Origin: an uncultured Bacilli bacterium
GTDB taxonomy: Bacteria > Bacillota_I > Bacilli_A > RF39 > UBA660
Length of the DNA stretch: 56,198 nt
Assembly (NCBI GenBank): GCA_947601485.1
Contig: CANQGF010000001.1
Coordinates: 1-56,198, forward strand
Direction: 5' to 3'
The notes beneath the pieces are model-generated. The model made no database searches and was not told the DNA's origin. It saw only the letters and a list, made by a program, of their open reading frames with translations. The position numbers were made by a program, and so were the translations under genes. Below are positions 15,681-25,119 of the stretch, one piece after another. Each line of letters begins with the position of its first letter. Positions within the stretch are counted from its first letter, which is position 1.

Positions 15681-15708
15681 ATTATACCCCCCCCCGGTTC
15701 GTTGTAAA
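15681..15708 (-). promoter_or_regulatory. Promoter of the 585-aa gene with a G9 homopolymer in the spacer
   Basis: Minus strand: TTTACA (15708-15703), a 16-nt spacer acgaacc+GGGGGGGGG (G-run is the complement of 15687-15695), then TATAAT (15686-15681). Confidence 0.55.
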
Positions 15709-15738
15709 GCAGAAAGTTCGTGGTTGACATTTTTGCAT

Positions 15739-15763
15739 GAAAAAAAAGAAGATTGCTCTTCTT
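15739..15763 (-). terminator. Intrinsic terminator after the prepilin peptidase gene
   Basis: aagaag/cttctt hairpin overlapping the stop codon, followed by T8 on the minus strand. Confidence 0.6.
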
Positions 15764-16517
15764 ACAAATAAAATACTTCTAAGATATGATTTATTGGGCC
15801 AGTTAAGATAAAGACTATTAACAAAGCAGTAATTAGAAAGGGTCCTAAAGGCATTTCATCACCCTTATTTTTTAAAAGCACATAACAAGCATATGGTAAA
15901 GCGATAAAGGAAGATAAAATTAAAGCTACTAAACCTAATTTAAATCCTAAAACTGTTCCCATTATCATCGCTAGTTTAATATCTCCTCCCCCTAAAGATT
16001 CTCGTTTAAAGACCTTATCACCAAATAATTTAATTAAAATCATAACCCCCATCATTAAAAGACCAAAACCTAAGCCTAGTAAAACTTCCTTAAGTCCCCC
16101 ATTTAAATATTTAGTAATTAAAATTAATAATTCAAATATTACTAAAGGTCCATCTAAAATTATATAATATTTAAAATCACTAACAAAAATAATAATTAAT
16201 AAAGAAGAAATACATAACATTATTAAAGTATTATAACTAAATCCATAAATCTTAAAACTTAAAGCAAATAGGATACCTGATAAAGTTTCAATAAGGGGAT
16301 ACATTAATGATAATTTTTCTTCACATTTACGACATTTACCTTTTTGAATTATAAAGGAAATAATCGGAATTAATTCATACCACTTTAATTTATGTTGGCA
16401 ATATTCGCAATGCGAAGCAGGTCTTACAATCGATTGATTTAAAGGACGACGCATGCCAATTACGGTATAAAAGGAACCAAAGACAGCTCCTAAAATAAAT
16501 AAATATACATAAATCAT
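15762..16517 (-). CDS. Prepilin peptidase (A24 family, PilD/ComC-like)
   Basis: Zn-finger-like CEYC...CRKC, a multi-TM body, and a GGGDIKL catalytic Asp motif. Start moved to the ATG at 16517, 8 nt after AAGGAG. Confidence 0.88.
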   Translation of the reverse strand: MIYVYLFILGAVFGSFYTVIGMRRPLNQSIVRPASHCEYCQHKLKWYELIPIISFIIQKGKCRKCEEKLSLMYPLIETLSGILFALSFKIYGFSYNTLIMLCISSLLIIIFVSDFKYYIILDGPLVIFELLILITKYLNGGLKEVLLGLGFGLLMMGVMILIKLFGDKVFKRESLGGGDIKLAMIMGTVLGFKLGLVALILSSFIALPYACYVLLKNKGDEMPLGPFLITALLIVFILTGPINHILEVFYL

Positions 16518-16530
16518 AAAGTTGTACTCC

Positions 16531-18306
16531 TTACATAATATTGTTGTATAAGTCAAACATCGGGATTATAACAGCTAAAATAATTGCTCCAACTACAACG
16601 GCTAAAGATGTAATCATAATTGGTTCAATAAAGCTTTTTAAATTATTGACTATTCCCCTATGTTGTTCTTGATAATATTTACTAACATTTTCCATCATTG
16701 CTGCTAATTCCCCTGTCGATTCACCAGTTACAATCATGTAATAAGCAACATCAGGAATTGCCCAATGGTCTTTAAAAGATTCTGATATTTTCTCTCCTCT
16801 AGCAATATTAGTAATCGTATTATACATAATTTCCTTATATATTTCATTATTCGTTACTTTACTTAATATTTCAATACTTTCGGTAATAAAGACATTATTT
16901 TTAAGTAAGGAAGCAAAAGTTTTAGTAAATATTGTCATTTCATTATAAATCATAACTTTCCCAATAATCGGGACATGCATTAATAAAGTTTGCATATTCT
17001 TACGGAAAAATTTAACCTTTTTATAAGCTACAACTAATACTAAAATAATAGCAAAAGCAATTAGTAAAATCACCGAGATATTATTCTTCAAAAAATTACT
17101 AGCATCAATAATCGCTTTCGTAAAGCCATTTATAGTAACTCCGGCGGTATCATATACTTGAGTAAATTTAGGAATAACATACAATAAGATAAAAGTAATA
17201 ACAGCTCCTGAAAATATTGTAATAATAGCAGGATAAGTCATTGCACTAACCATTTGTTTACGTGTCGATTCTATCTCTCGATAATAATTAGCCATATCAT
17301 TTAAAGTTTCTTCTAATTCTCCTGTTGCCTCTGCGGCTTTTAACATATTAATTAAAAGAGAAGGAAAAACATTACCTTGTTTAGCTAAAGCATCACTAAA
17401 AGCTGCCCCCATAGTAAGTTCATAAATAATCTTTTCAAATACTCTTTTTCGATTTTTCTTTTTACCCATTTGATTAGATAAAATTTTAACAGAATCTGTT
17501 AAAGGAATACCCGATTTAACATACGTATATAATTGCGTAAGCCAAAAGATTAAATCCTTATTGCTCATCTTAGCTCCCCCAAAGCTAGGTTGACCATATA
17601 AGAAATTTATCATATTACTAGTTTTAATACTATAAACATCATAACCTTCATTAACTAAATACGCATTAACATCTAATTTAGAACTACCCGTAAAAGTTCC
17701 CGTTACCATTTTTCCTTTTGGGTCAATGGCTTTATAACGAAAGGCTACTGGTTTATCCGTTCTTTTAACATCACCACTAGCTAAGTCGCTAATTAAAATT
17801 TCTTTTTCAGCTTGTAATTTTCCATTTAACTGACGATTAAGTTTATTTTTTTCTTTTAAAGCTTTTTGTTCTTCTCGATGTTTCGCTTGACGTTCTTTCA
17901 TTATTTTACGACGGTCTTTTTTATTTATCATTACATTAGAATTACTAACTAGTTCATTACTCGTATCAGCAGCCAGTTCTTTAGGAACACTTTTTTTGGA
18001 AATCTGCTCATTAAGGGTCATCTTTTTTATCGTCTCAGCATCTAATTTACTTTTTGCTGTAGCCATTTCTGCTTCTTTTTTCGCTTTTTCTTCTCTTGAT
18101 TTTTTGGTTGCTTCTTGCATCATTTTCCCAGGTATAGTTCCAAAAATATATTTTAAGCCTTTTAAAGCATATAATAATATATTAGTTAATGGTTTACTTA
18201 AAAAAGAAAGAGTTGAAGTAATCCCTAAAATAGCCCATTTAAAAATACTAAATAAGCCAATAAATGGATATAAAATAAATGACGTTGATTTAGAAGATTT
18301 ATCCAT
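16531..18306 (-). CDS. PilC/GspF-family platform protein with a roughly 185-aa N-terminal extension
   Basis: The canonical PilC start (FRYKAIDPKGKMVTG...) appears only at about residue 189. The preceding part has a hydrophobic segment plus a Lys/Glu-rich coiled-coil-like region. Two T2SSF repeats follow. Confidence 0.88.
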   Translation of the reverse strand: MDKSSKSTSFILYPFIGLFSIFKWAILGITSTLSFLSKPLTNILLYALKGLKYIFGTIPGKMMQEATKKSREEKAKKEAEMATAKSKLDAETIKKMTLNEQISKKSVPKELAADTSNELVSNSNVMINKKDRRKIMKERQAKHREEQKALKEKNKLNRQLNGKLQAEKEILISDLASGDVKRTDKPVAFRYKAIDPKGKMVTGTFTGSSKLDVNAYLVNEGYDVYSIKTSNMINFLYGQPSFGGAKMSNKDLIFWLTQLYTYVKSGIPLTDSVKILSNQMGKKKNRKRVFEKIIYELTMGAAFSDALAKQGNVFPSLLINMLKAAEATGELEETLNDMANYYREIESTRKQMVSAMTYPAIITIFSGAVITFILLYVIPKFTQVYDTAGVTINGFTKAIIDASNFLKNNISVILLIAFAIILVLVVAYKKVKFFRKNMQTLLMHVPIIGKVMIYNEMTIFTKTFASLLKNNVFITESIEILSKVTNNEIYKEIMYNTITNIARGEKISESFKDHWAIPDVAYYMIVTGESTGELAAMMENVSKYYQEQHRGIVNNLKSFIEPIMITSLAVVVGAIILAVIIPMFDLYNNIM

Positions 18307-18413
18307 TTATAACTTCCACCTTTCTTATTCTTATCCATAATAAGTATAACATAGTTTATTAGTAAATTAAACTTTTTTAGGCCTCTTACATATAATTTAT
18401 TAGGTGAGGTTTT

Positions 18414-18707
18414 ATGTTTGGAAATAATTTTGGTGGTCCAATAATTAGAAGTAGTTTTACTCTACCCCGTATTTTAAATGGCCTTTCTAAAACTTTAGGC
18501 GTTGTAAATCAAGCTCTCCCTTTATATAGACAAGCTAAACCTATGATAAAAAAAGGTCAAACTTTATTTAAAATGGCCAAGGAAATGACTAAAACTTCTG
18601 TTTCTTCTAAACCTGTATCTAAACCTAAAACCCTAAATAATACAGAGCAAAAAAACATTTCTTTAAAAAGAAATGCTTCTTTAAATAAACCTATATTTTT
18701 TCAATAA
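18414..18707 (+). CDS. Small basic protein (97 aa), unknown (weak YqfQ/VrrA-like feel)
   Basis: ORF with RBS GGTGAGG. Only a loose motif resemblance, so the function is not supported. Confidence 0.55.
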   Translation: MFGNNFGGPIIRSSFTLPRILNGLSKTLGVVNQALPLYRQAKPMIKKGQTLFKMAKEMTKTSVSSKPVSKPKTLNNTEQKNISLKRNASLNKPIFFQ

Positions 18708-19121
18708 TTATTTGATAGTTTTCTTACTTTTAATAGCTAAGCCATAAATAAGTTCGACAACAAGTAAAACAGCACAGCCAATATTAACATATTTAACATA
18801 TTCTAGTTTGTCGCCGATAAGTTCAATCGCATTTACAGAACCCATAATATTAACAAATAACATTACGACAATACCTATAGAAATTAAAATATTCATAACT
18901 AAAACAGTAGTATTGCGCGTGTAGGCATTAATTAAAGCAATTAAACCATTAAAGATACTTAGAATTAATGGTAAATAAATCAAGAAACGATATATTGTAT
19001 CATTATCCTCCAAACGTACTATAACATTGCTAAAATCAACAACTGTTGGAATATATAACATAACATATACACCAATAGCAATAAGGCCGCAACCAACTAG
19101 TAAATTAATAATTGTTTTCAT
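18708..19121 (-). CDS. Integral membrane protein (137 aa, 4 TM helices)
   Basis: Hydrophobic ORF directly downstream of the TadC-like gene. RBS AGGAGG. Confidence 0.7.
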   Translation of the reverse strand: MKTIINLLVGCGLIAIGVYVMLYIPTVVDFSNVIVRLEDNDTIYRFLIYLPLILSIFNGLIALINAYTRNTTVLVMNILISIGIVVMLFVNIMGSVNAIELIGDKLEYVKYVNIGCAVLLVVELIYGLAIKSKKTIK

Positions 19122-19136
19122 AATTCCTCCTACTTT

Positions 19137-19832
19137 CTATTTTACCATATTTAAAAACATGGGTAATACAATAATTAAAACTAAAATAATACTAATAAAT
19201 AAAAACGACACTAATTTTACATATATTGGTAACTTATGCATTTTTTTCTGTTTCTCATAATGTTCTTGTTTCTTAATATATTCTAATTCCATTTTCACTG
19301 AATTAGTTATATTATTACCAAATTTATTAGTATTTATAATATTAATAATAATATTTTGGACCATTTCATTAGGTATTCTATTTTGAAAATCTTTTAAACA
19401 AGTATTTAAATCTTTACCAAGTTCTAAAGCTTGCAAGCTACCCTTTAAATCATAAGCTAATTCCCCCGCAACACTTTCACAAGCCTCTTCTAAAGCTTCT
19501 TTTAAACTATTGCCACTTTCTAATGCTAAAAGAACAGCTTCAAAAAAATATAAGGCTTCTTTCGCTATCGTCTTAGCTCTTTGCTTTAAAGGAATATCAA
19601 AACAAATATATTCCACTAAATAATAATATAATACAGTCATCACTGGTGAAGTAATATAACTAAAGGGAAAAATTACTAAACCTACCAGAAAAATACAAAT
19701 AGATGCAAGTAATCTTTTATTTAAAAAATTATAAATATCATAATTACTATCAAGACCTAATAAGTGAACTTTTCTTTTTAAACGATTAATAGTTTGAGGT
19801 AGATATAATTTTTTAATAATATCACTTTTCAT
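19137..19832 (-). CDS. TadC-like T2SSF-domain membrane protein
   Basis: Single T2SSF-type domain (ALESGNSLKEALEEA...LGKDL) flanked by TM helices. Its start overlaps the upstream gene by 4 nt. Confidence 0.75.
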   Translation of the reverse strand: MKSDIIKKLYLPQTINRLKRKVHLLGLDSNYDIYNFLNKRLLASICIFLVGLVIFPFSYITSPVMTVLYYYLVEYICFDIPLKQRAKTIAKEALYFFEAVLLALESGNSLKEALEEACESVAGELAYDLKGSLQALELGKDLNTCLKDFQNRIPNEMVQNIIINIINTNKFGNNITNSVKMELEYIKKQEHYEKQKKMHKLPIYVKLVSFLFISIILVLIIVLPMFLNMVK

Positions 19833-20830
19833 TTCTTACTACCTCCTAACAATTTTCTTATAACTAAATAATATAAGACATAAAGTAAAATAATAGTTAT
19901 TAGAACAAAAGGTCCAATCTTCATATCTTTTAAGATAGCAAAGTAATTTCTTTTCCATATTAGAAGGCCGATTATGACAAAAAGAGGTATTAACATAACT
20001 ATCTTAGTTAAGACTTTTAAAGGGGAAATAACTACTTTAGCTTCTTCCATCATATTTTGTTCATCTAAGAAATTTTTCTCGATAATATTAAATATTTGTC
20101 TTCCATCGCCACCCTCTTTATTTAAAAGACTTAAAGTAGTCCATATATATTTAAGTTCTGGTATTTTAATTCTTTCATAAAATCTAGCAAAAGCTTTTTC
20201 TAAAGAAAGACCATAAGCTAAATCTTCCGATACTTTCGCAAATTCTAAGCCAATCGCTCCCTTAAACTCTTTACTCACCATATTAATACTTTGATAAATG
20301 GTAAAACCAGATGCTAAAGCACTATTAATATAAATAATAGCTCGCAAAATTTCGCCTCTAACTGCTCTTTTCTTTTTTTGTAACTTTAAAATAAAGAAAA
20401 CATCAACACTATAAAAGCCTACTATAAAAGTTACAATTATACTTAGAAGACGCCATATATTAAGTGAATTAAAACTTGTAATAATATTTATAAAACATAG
20501 AAAAAAGGCTACTAATAATTTAATACTAATACAATCATAAGGACTAAATTTACTATCATATTCTAAATACTTTTCATATTTTAAAGCTAAATTAGGAAAA
20601 TAATTTTTCTTTTTTAATCTTTTAGCTAACTTATTAACGATATTATAAAGCCACGTAGCAAGACGTTCAAATAAAGAAAGTTCAGAGTCATAAGCTGAGG
20701 TAATAGCAAAATCGGTAATTCTTCTTTCAAACTTAATTGATTTGGAAGTTTCGTAGACATAAATAAAAGCTGTCAGTAAAACCATCCCAATAATTAAAGG
20801 AATAATTAAAATTTTCCATATTATATTCAT
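19829..20830 (-). CDS. TadB-like T2SSF-domain membrane protein
   Basis: T2SSF-type domain (INSALASGFTIYQSI...AYGLSLEKAF) plus TM helices. Confidence 0.75.
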   Translation of the reverse strand: MNIIWKILIIPLIIGMVLLTAFIYVYETSKSIKFERRITDFAITSAYDSELSLFERLATWLYNIVNKLAKRLKKKNYFPNLALKYEKYLEYDSKFSPYDCISIKLLVAFFLCFINIITSFNSLNIWRLLSIIVTFIVGFYSVDVFFILKLQKKKRAVRGEILRAIIYINSALASGFTIYQSINMVSKEFKGAIGLEFAKVSEDLAYGLSLEKAFARFYERIKIPELKYIWTTLSLLNKEGGDGRQIFNIIEKNFLDEQNMMEEAKVVISPLKVLTKIVMLIPLFVIIGLLIWKRNYFAILKDMKIGPFVLITIILLYVLYYLVIRKLLGGSKK

Positions 20831-20849
20831 GTTATGGCTCCTTTCTTTT

Positions 20850-22220
20850 TTATTTTTTTAGAAATGGTAAATCCATTTTCGTACTACTTGGGGCTTTTAA
20901 ATTAGAAAACATATCATCAACGGAAGTAATTCCTCTAACTTTTAATTTTTGATATACTTTCGGAACTTTTTCAATAAATTTATATTCTCCACTAACTTCC
21001 CCACTATCAGTTACTCCAAATTGATTAAAGACAAAAATATCATTTAATTGAATTTTATCATCGACAATTCCAGCAATTTCACATATTTTCGTAATTTTTC
21101 TTTTCCCATCACTTTGTCTTTCAATATGAATAACTAAATCAATAGCATTATTAATATATTCTCTAATAGCTTTAATAGGTATTTCAATTCCGGACATTAA
21201 AACCATTGTTTCAAGACGATTTAAAGCATCTTGAGCACTATTAGCATGCATCGTTGTAATTGAACCCTCATGCCCAGTATTCATGGCTTGTAACATATCA
21301 AAAGCTTCTTTTCCACGAATTTCCCCAACAATAATCCGGTCCGGACGCATACGTAAGGCATTAATAACTAAATCACGAATAGTTATTTCTTTATTTTTAT
21401 CATAATTACTGCTCTTTGTTTCTAAAGCAATAACATGGTCTTGTTTTAATCTTAACTCCGAAGCATCTTCAATTGTAATAATTCGTTCATTATTATCAAT
21501 AAAATCACTCAAAGTATTAAGTAATGAGGTTTTCCCAGAAGAAGAACCACCACTAATAATCATATTTAATTTACCCTTAATAGCTGCCTCTAGAAAACGA
21601 GCCATCCAAGGAGTTAAAGAACCCATCCTAATTAAATCTTCAATAGAAGAATTATTATTTTGAAACTTTCTAATAGTAATAACTGGTCCCTTCACAGCTA
21701 AAGGCGGAATAACAGCATTAATCCTCGCTCCATTTTCTAAACGAGAATCAACCATCGGATTAGTAGCATCAATAGTTTTTCCTAAAGGACTAATCATTTT
21801 TCTAATAGTCCTAATAATATGTTCATCATTAATAAAAGAAATACTTTCATCTTTAATAATCTGACCATTTATTTCAATATAAATTTCTTTTGGACTATTA
21901 ACCATTATTTCACTAATATTTTCATCTTCTAAAACTTCCGTTAAAGGTCCATAGCCATTAATTTCATTATCAATTAAATTATAAATATGATTACGTTCTA
22001 AATTAGTTAAATCATAACTGGCTATAACTTCTTCAATCTGAGCATTAATAAAATTCATATCCTTATCTTGAGGCATTTTCGTATCAATAATTTTTTCTAC
22101 TATCTTAGTTCTTAAAGCATCTAATAATTTCTTATCAGGAAAAATATCATAATCAGTCATTATTTGTTTTTTATAAGTTTTCTTCTTAATATTAAAAGCA
22201 TCTAATAAACTATCCTTCAT
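20850..22220 (-). CDS. CpaF/TadA-family secretion ATPase
   Basis: Walker [10 protein letters not shown] and [39 protein letters not shown], typical of CpaF/VirB11-like ATPases. Confidence 0.9.
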   Translation of the reverse strand: MKDSLLDAFNIKKKTYKKQIMTDYDIFPDKKLLDALRTKIVEKIIDTKMPQDKDMNFINAQIEEVIASYDLTNLERNHIYNLIDNEINGYGPLTEVLEDENISEIMVNSPKEIYIEINGQIIKDESISFINDEHIIRTIRKMISPLGKTIDATNPMVDSRLENGARINAVIPPLAVKGPVITIRKFQNNNSSIEDLIRMGSLTPWMARFLEAAIKGKLNMIISGGSSSGKTSLLNTLSDFIDNNERIITIEDASELRLKQDHVIALETKSSNYDKNKEITIRDLVINALRMRPDRIIVGEIRGKEAFDMLQAMNTGHEGSITTMHANSAQDALNRLETMVLMSGIEIPIKAIREYINNAIDLVIHIERQSDGKRKITKICEIAGIVDDKIQLNDIFVFNQFGVTDSGEVSGEYKFIEKVPKVYQKLKVRGITSVDDMFSNLKAPSSTKMDLPFLKK

Positions 22221-22983
22221 GTTCTTCCTCCTCTAAGATAAAATCACTAGCCATGGTCATAAAAGTTGTATACTCATTAGCAAACTTTCTTTCCACTTTA
22301 TCTTCTAGTAAAATTATCTTACCTGCCATTATATAATCATCGATATTACGAATATAAAACTTAGGTGATAAAGTATAATCTATATTAGCTTTTAAAATAT
22401 TTTTAATATCATATAAAGTAAAATAATTCTTAAAAGGATTAACAGCATTATTTAATAAAACTTTATAATTAGTTTTTCCTAAATCTCTAAAAATACTAAG
22501 TAAAGATTTTAAATTCTTAATATCAAAAGGGTCATTAGTCATCACAAATAAAATATTATCTACTCTTTCTAAAAGAGATAAATTAATTTCATTTATATTA
22601 TGATTAGTATCTATTAAAACCATATCATAAGCTAAAACAGCTCTATCTAAAATTAAATCAATATAACGCGCATCCAGGCGACCTGCTTGTCGAGGGTCTT
22701 TAGGACTTGCTAAAAAATCAATATAATCATTATATTTAGTGACATAATCATTTAAAGAATTATATTGGTTATTATCAATATCATCAGCTAAATTAACTAA
22801 ACTTTTTTCATAGTTTTTATTTAAAGCAACAGCAATAACTCCACTCGTTAAATCAAAATCAATTATTAAAGTTTTCTTCCCTAATTTGGCATAAGTTCCT
22901 GCTAAATTAATTAAAGTTGTAGTTTTCCCTACTCCTCCTTTAGCAGAAGTTATACATAAAGATTTACCAATTTTCTTTGCCAT
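22210..22983 (-). CDS. CpaE/TadZ-like ParA/MinD-family ATPase
   Basis: Deviant Walker A SAKGGVGKTT. It sits first in the Tad-like operon. Confidence 0.8.
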   Translation of the reverse strand: MAKKIGKSLCITSAKGGVGKTTTLINLAGTYAKLGKKTLIIDFDLTSGVIAVALNKNYEKSLVNLADDIDNNQYNSLNDYVTKYNDYIDFLASPKDPRQAGRLDARYIDLILDRAVLAYDMVLIDTNHNINEINLSLLERVDNILFVMTNDPFDIKNLKSLLSIFRDLGKTNYKVLLNNAVNPFKNYFTLYDIKNILKANIDYTLSPKFYIRNIDDYIMAGKIILLEDKVERKFANEYTTFMTMASDFILEEEEHEG

Positions 22984-23066
22984 TTCACACCTCGCAAATA
23001 GTCCCCTTTATTATCAATTTAATTATACCAATTTATATTATTTAAGACAAGAAAAAAACTAAAATA

Positions 23067-23354
23067 TTATTTAGTCATTTCTATTATTACCTCTTTTGGC
23101 ACAAAACCAATATTTTTCGCTTTTTCTTTGCCATTTTCCATATAGATTAAAGTCGGAATACTCATTACGCCATACTCTTGAGCAATCTTAGGAAATTCAT
23201 CAACATTAACTTTTAAAATATTAAGTTCTTCCATTGTTTCTAAAACTTGCCCTAACATCTTACAAGGACCACACCAATCCGCATAAAAGTCTATTAAAAC
23301 TGTTCCTTTAATGGCTTCTTTAAATTCTTCTTCTTTTTCTAAATATTTAATCAT
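23067..23354 (-). CDS. trxA: Thioredoxin
   Basis: WCGPCK active site. ATG at 23354, 8 nt after AAGGAG (the tracked start at 23393 is an upstream extension). Confidence 0.9.
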   Translation of the reverse strand: MIKYLEKEEEFKEAIKGTVLIDFYADWCGPCKMLGQVLETMEELNILKVNVDEFPKIAQEYGVMSIPTLIYMENGKEKAKNIGFVPKEVIIEMTK

Positions 23355-23370
23355 ATCAAATCTCCTTCTT

Positions 23371-24081
23371 TTAATATTTATTAAGTAAAACATCTAAATT
23401 ATTAATATCTAACTTTCCTTGCTTAGCTAGTGTTTCCACGGTATCAATCGTAACTACTTCATGTTTTAATAATATATCCATTGCTTCATAGTTATATTCC
23501 CTTTTACTACTTACATTATCATATTTTTCCTTTAAAGAATAAATTTCATTAATAGCAGTTGTCGAATTCTTCGCAAAGTTTGTTAAAATTGGCGTATGGT
23601 TTACTATTGGACTATAAAGCTTACTATTTTGGGTAAGCTCAATAGAAAAACTAAACATTGATAAGATATAAAGTAAAGCAAAAGAATAAATAAATCCTTC
23701 TAATAAACCAAAAATAAACCCTAATATCTTAGATGGTATTCCTAAAACTATTGTGGCTTTTAAAACCGTTTCTAAAACACCGCTGAAATGAATAACTATT
23801 TTTAAAATAATATTTAAAATAGCAAACACTATCAAAAAAGATACCGCTTCATAAATTAAGATATTTAAAACACTTACTCCTTTAAAAGCTCCCCCAAAAT
23901 CCACAAATGGTAAATGGGTCATTAAAAAATTAGCAATTGGATTTTTTAAAAAATAAGCTAAACAAATAATTAAAATAATACCCACAAAACTAACACTACT
24001 TTTAATAGCTCCACTTTTAAAACCAATTAAAGCACTAAATAAAATAAGAAATAAAACAATAACATCTAAAATATTAATCAC
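23371..24081 (-). CDS. CvpA-family membrane protein
   Basis: N-terminus MINILDVIVLFLILFSALIGFKSG and a 4-TM layout typical of CvpA. It sits next to rnhC, as in other Firmicutes. Confidence 0.8.
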   Translation of the reverse strand: MINILDVIVLFLILFSALIGFKSGAIKSSVSFVGIILIICLAYFLKNPIANFLMTHLPFVDFGGAFKGVSVLNILIYEAVSFLIVFAILNIILKIVIHFSGVLETVLKATIVLGIPSKILGFIFGLLEGFIYSFALLYILSMFSFSIELTQNSKLYSPIVNHTPILTNFAKNSTTAINEIYSLKEKYDNVSSKREYNYEAMDILLKHEVVTIDTVETLAKQGKLDINNLDVLLNKY

Positions 24082-24162
24082 TCTATCAACTCCTAGATAA
24101 ATTATATTATATTTTTGCTGAATTTAAAAGTAATACATGTTAAAATAATGACGAGGTGCTTT

Positions 24163-25092
24163 ATGACTATTGTATTTAAAGTAAGTGATAATATAAAAGA
24201 AAAAATGATTAAATATTATGAAGATTTAAAAAGAGATAATACTCCTCCTTATGCTATTTTCCAAGCTCAAGAAGAAGATACTATTATTACTCTTTATAAT
24301 TCTGGCAAAGTAATGTTTCAAGGAATTAGTGCCGATATAGATGCTAATATGTGGATTGACCAAGAACGTCATTTAAATAATCGAATTATAGATATAAATC
24401 CAAAAAAAGATGATAAGAAAAAAAGTGAAGATAAAGAATTAGTTACCGTTTCTTCCATTGGTTCTGATGAAGTTGGAACAGGAGACTTTTTTGGCCCTAT
24501 TGTCGTTACAGCTACTTTTGTTAGTAAAGAAAATATCAATTACTTAATTGATTTAGGTGTCAAAGATTCTAAAAAACTAACAGATACAAAAATCTTAAAA
24601 ATTGGTAAAGAAATTATGAATAATATTCCTCATGTTACTTTTATCTTAGATAATCCTTCTTTTAATAAATTTACTCAAAAAGGGTTTAATATGAATAAAA
24701 TTAAAGCTATATTACATAATAAAGTTTTAGTCGAAATGATAAAAAAAGAACAGGGCCATTATGATAAAATTGTGGTTGACCAATTTGTCTATCCTCAAAA
24801 ATATTATGAACACATCAAAGAAAGTTCTCAAAAAGCTACAAATATTACCTTTATGACCCATGCTGAAGATAAATGCTTAAGTGTTGCTGCTGCTTCCATT
24901 ATTAGTCGTTATGTTTTTCTAGCCAAAATGGAAAACATGAGTAAAGAACTTAATATTGCTATTCCAAAAGGAGCAGGAACTAAAGTAAATGAAATAGGTG
25001 TTCAAATAGCCAAAGAAAAAGGATTTAATTATCTAAATAACATTGCTAAATTAAATTTTAGTAATACTACCAAAATAAAAGAAAAGTTATAA
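24163..25092 (+). CDS. rnhC: Ribonuclease HIII
   Basis: About 309 aa with an N-terminal substrate-binding domain and an RNase H fold containing GSDEVGTGDFFGP. ATG at 24163 after GAGGTG. Confidence 0.85.
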   Translation: MTIVFKVSDNIKEKMIKYYEDLKRDNTPPYAIFQAQEEDTIITLYNSGKVMFQGISADIDANMWIDQERHLNNRIIDINPKKDDKKKSEDKELVTVSSIGSDEVGTGDFFGPIVVTATFVSKENINYLIDLGVKDSKKLTDTKILKIGKEIMNNIPHVTFILDNPSFNKFTQKGFNMNKIKAILHNKVLVEMIKKEQGHYDKIVVDQFVYPQKYYEHIKESSQKATNITFMTHAEDKCLSVAAASIISRYVFLAKMENMSKELNIAIPKGAGTKVNEIGVQIAKEKGFNYLNNIAKLNFSNTTKIKEKL

Positions 25093-25119
25093 TTTTTCTT
25101 GCAAACGTTTGCAAGTTTT

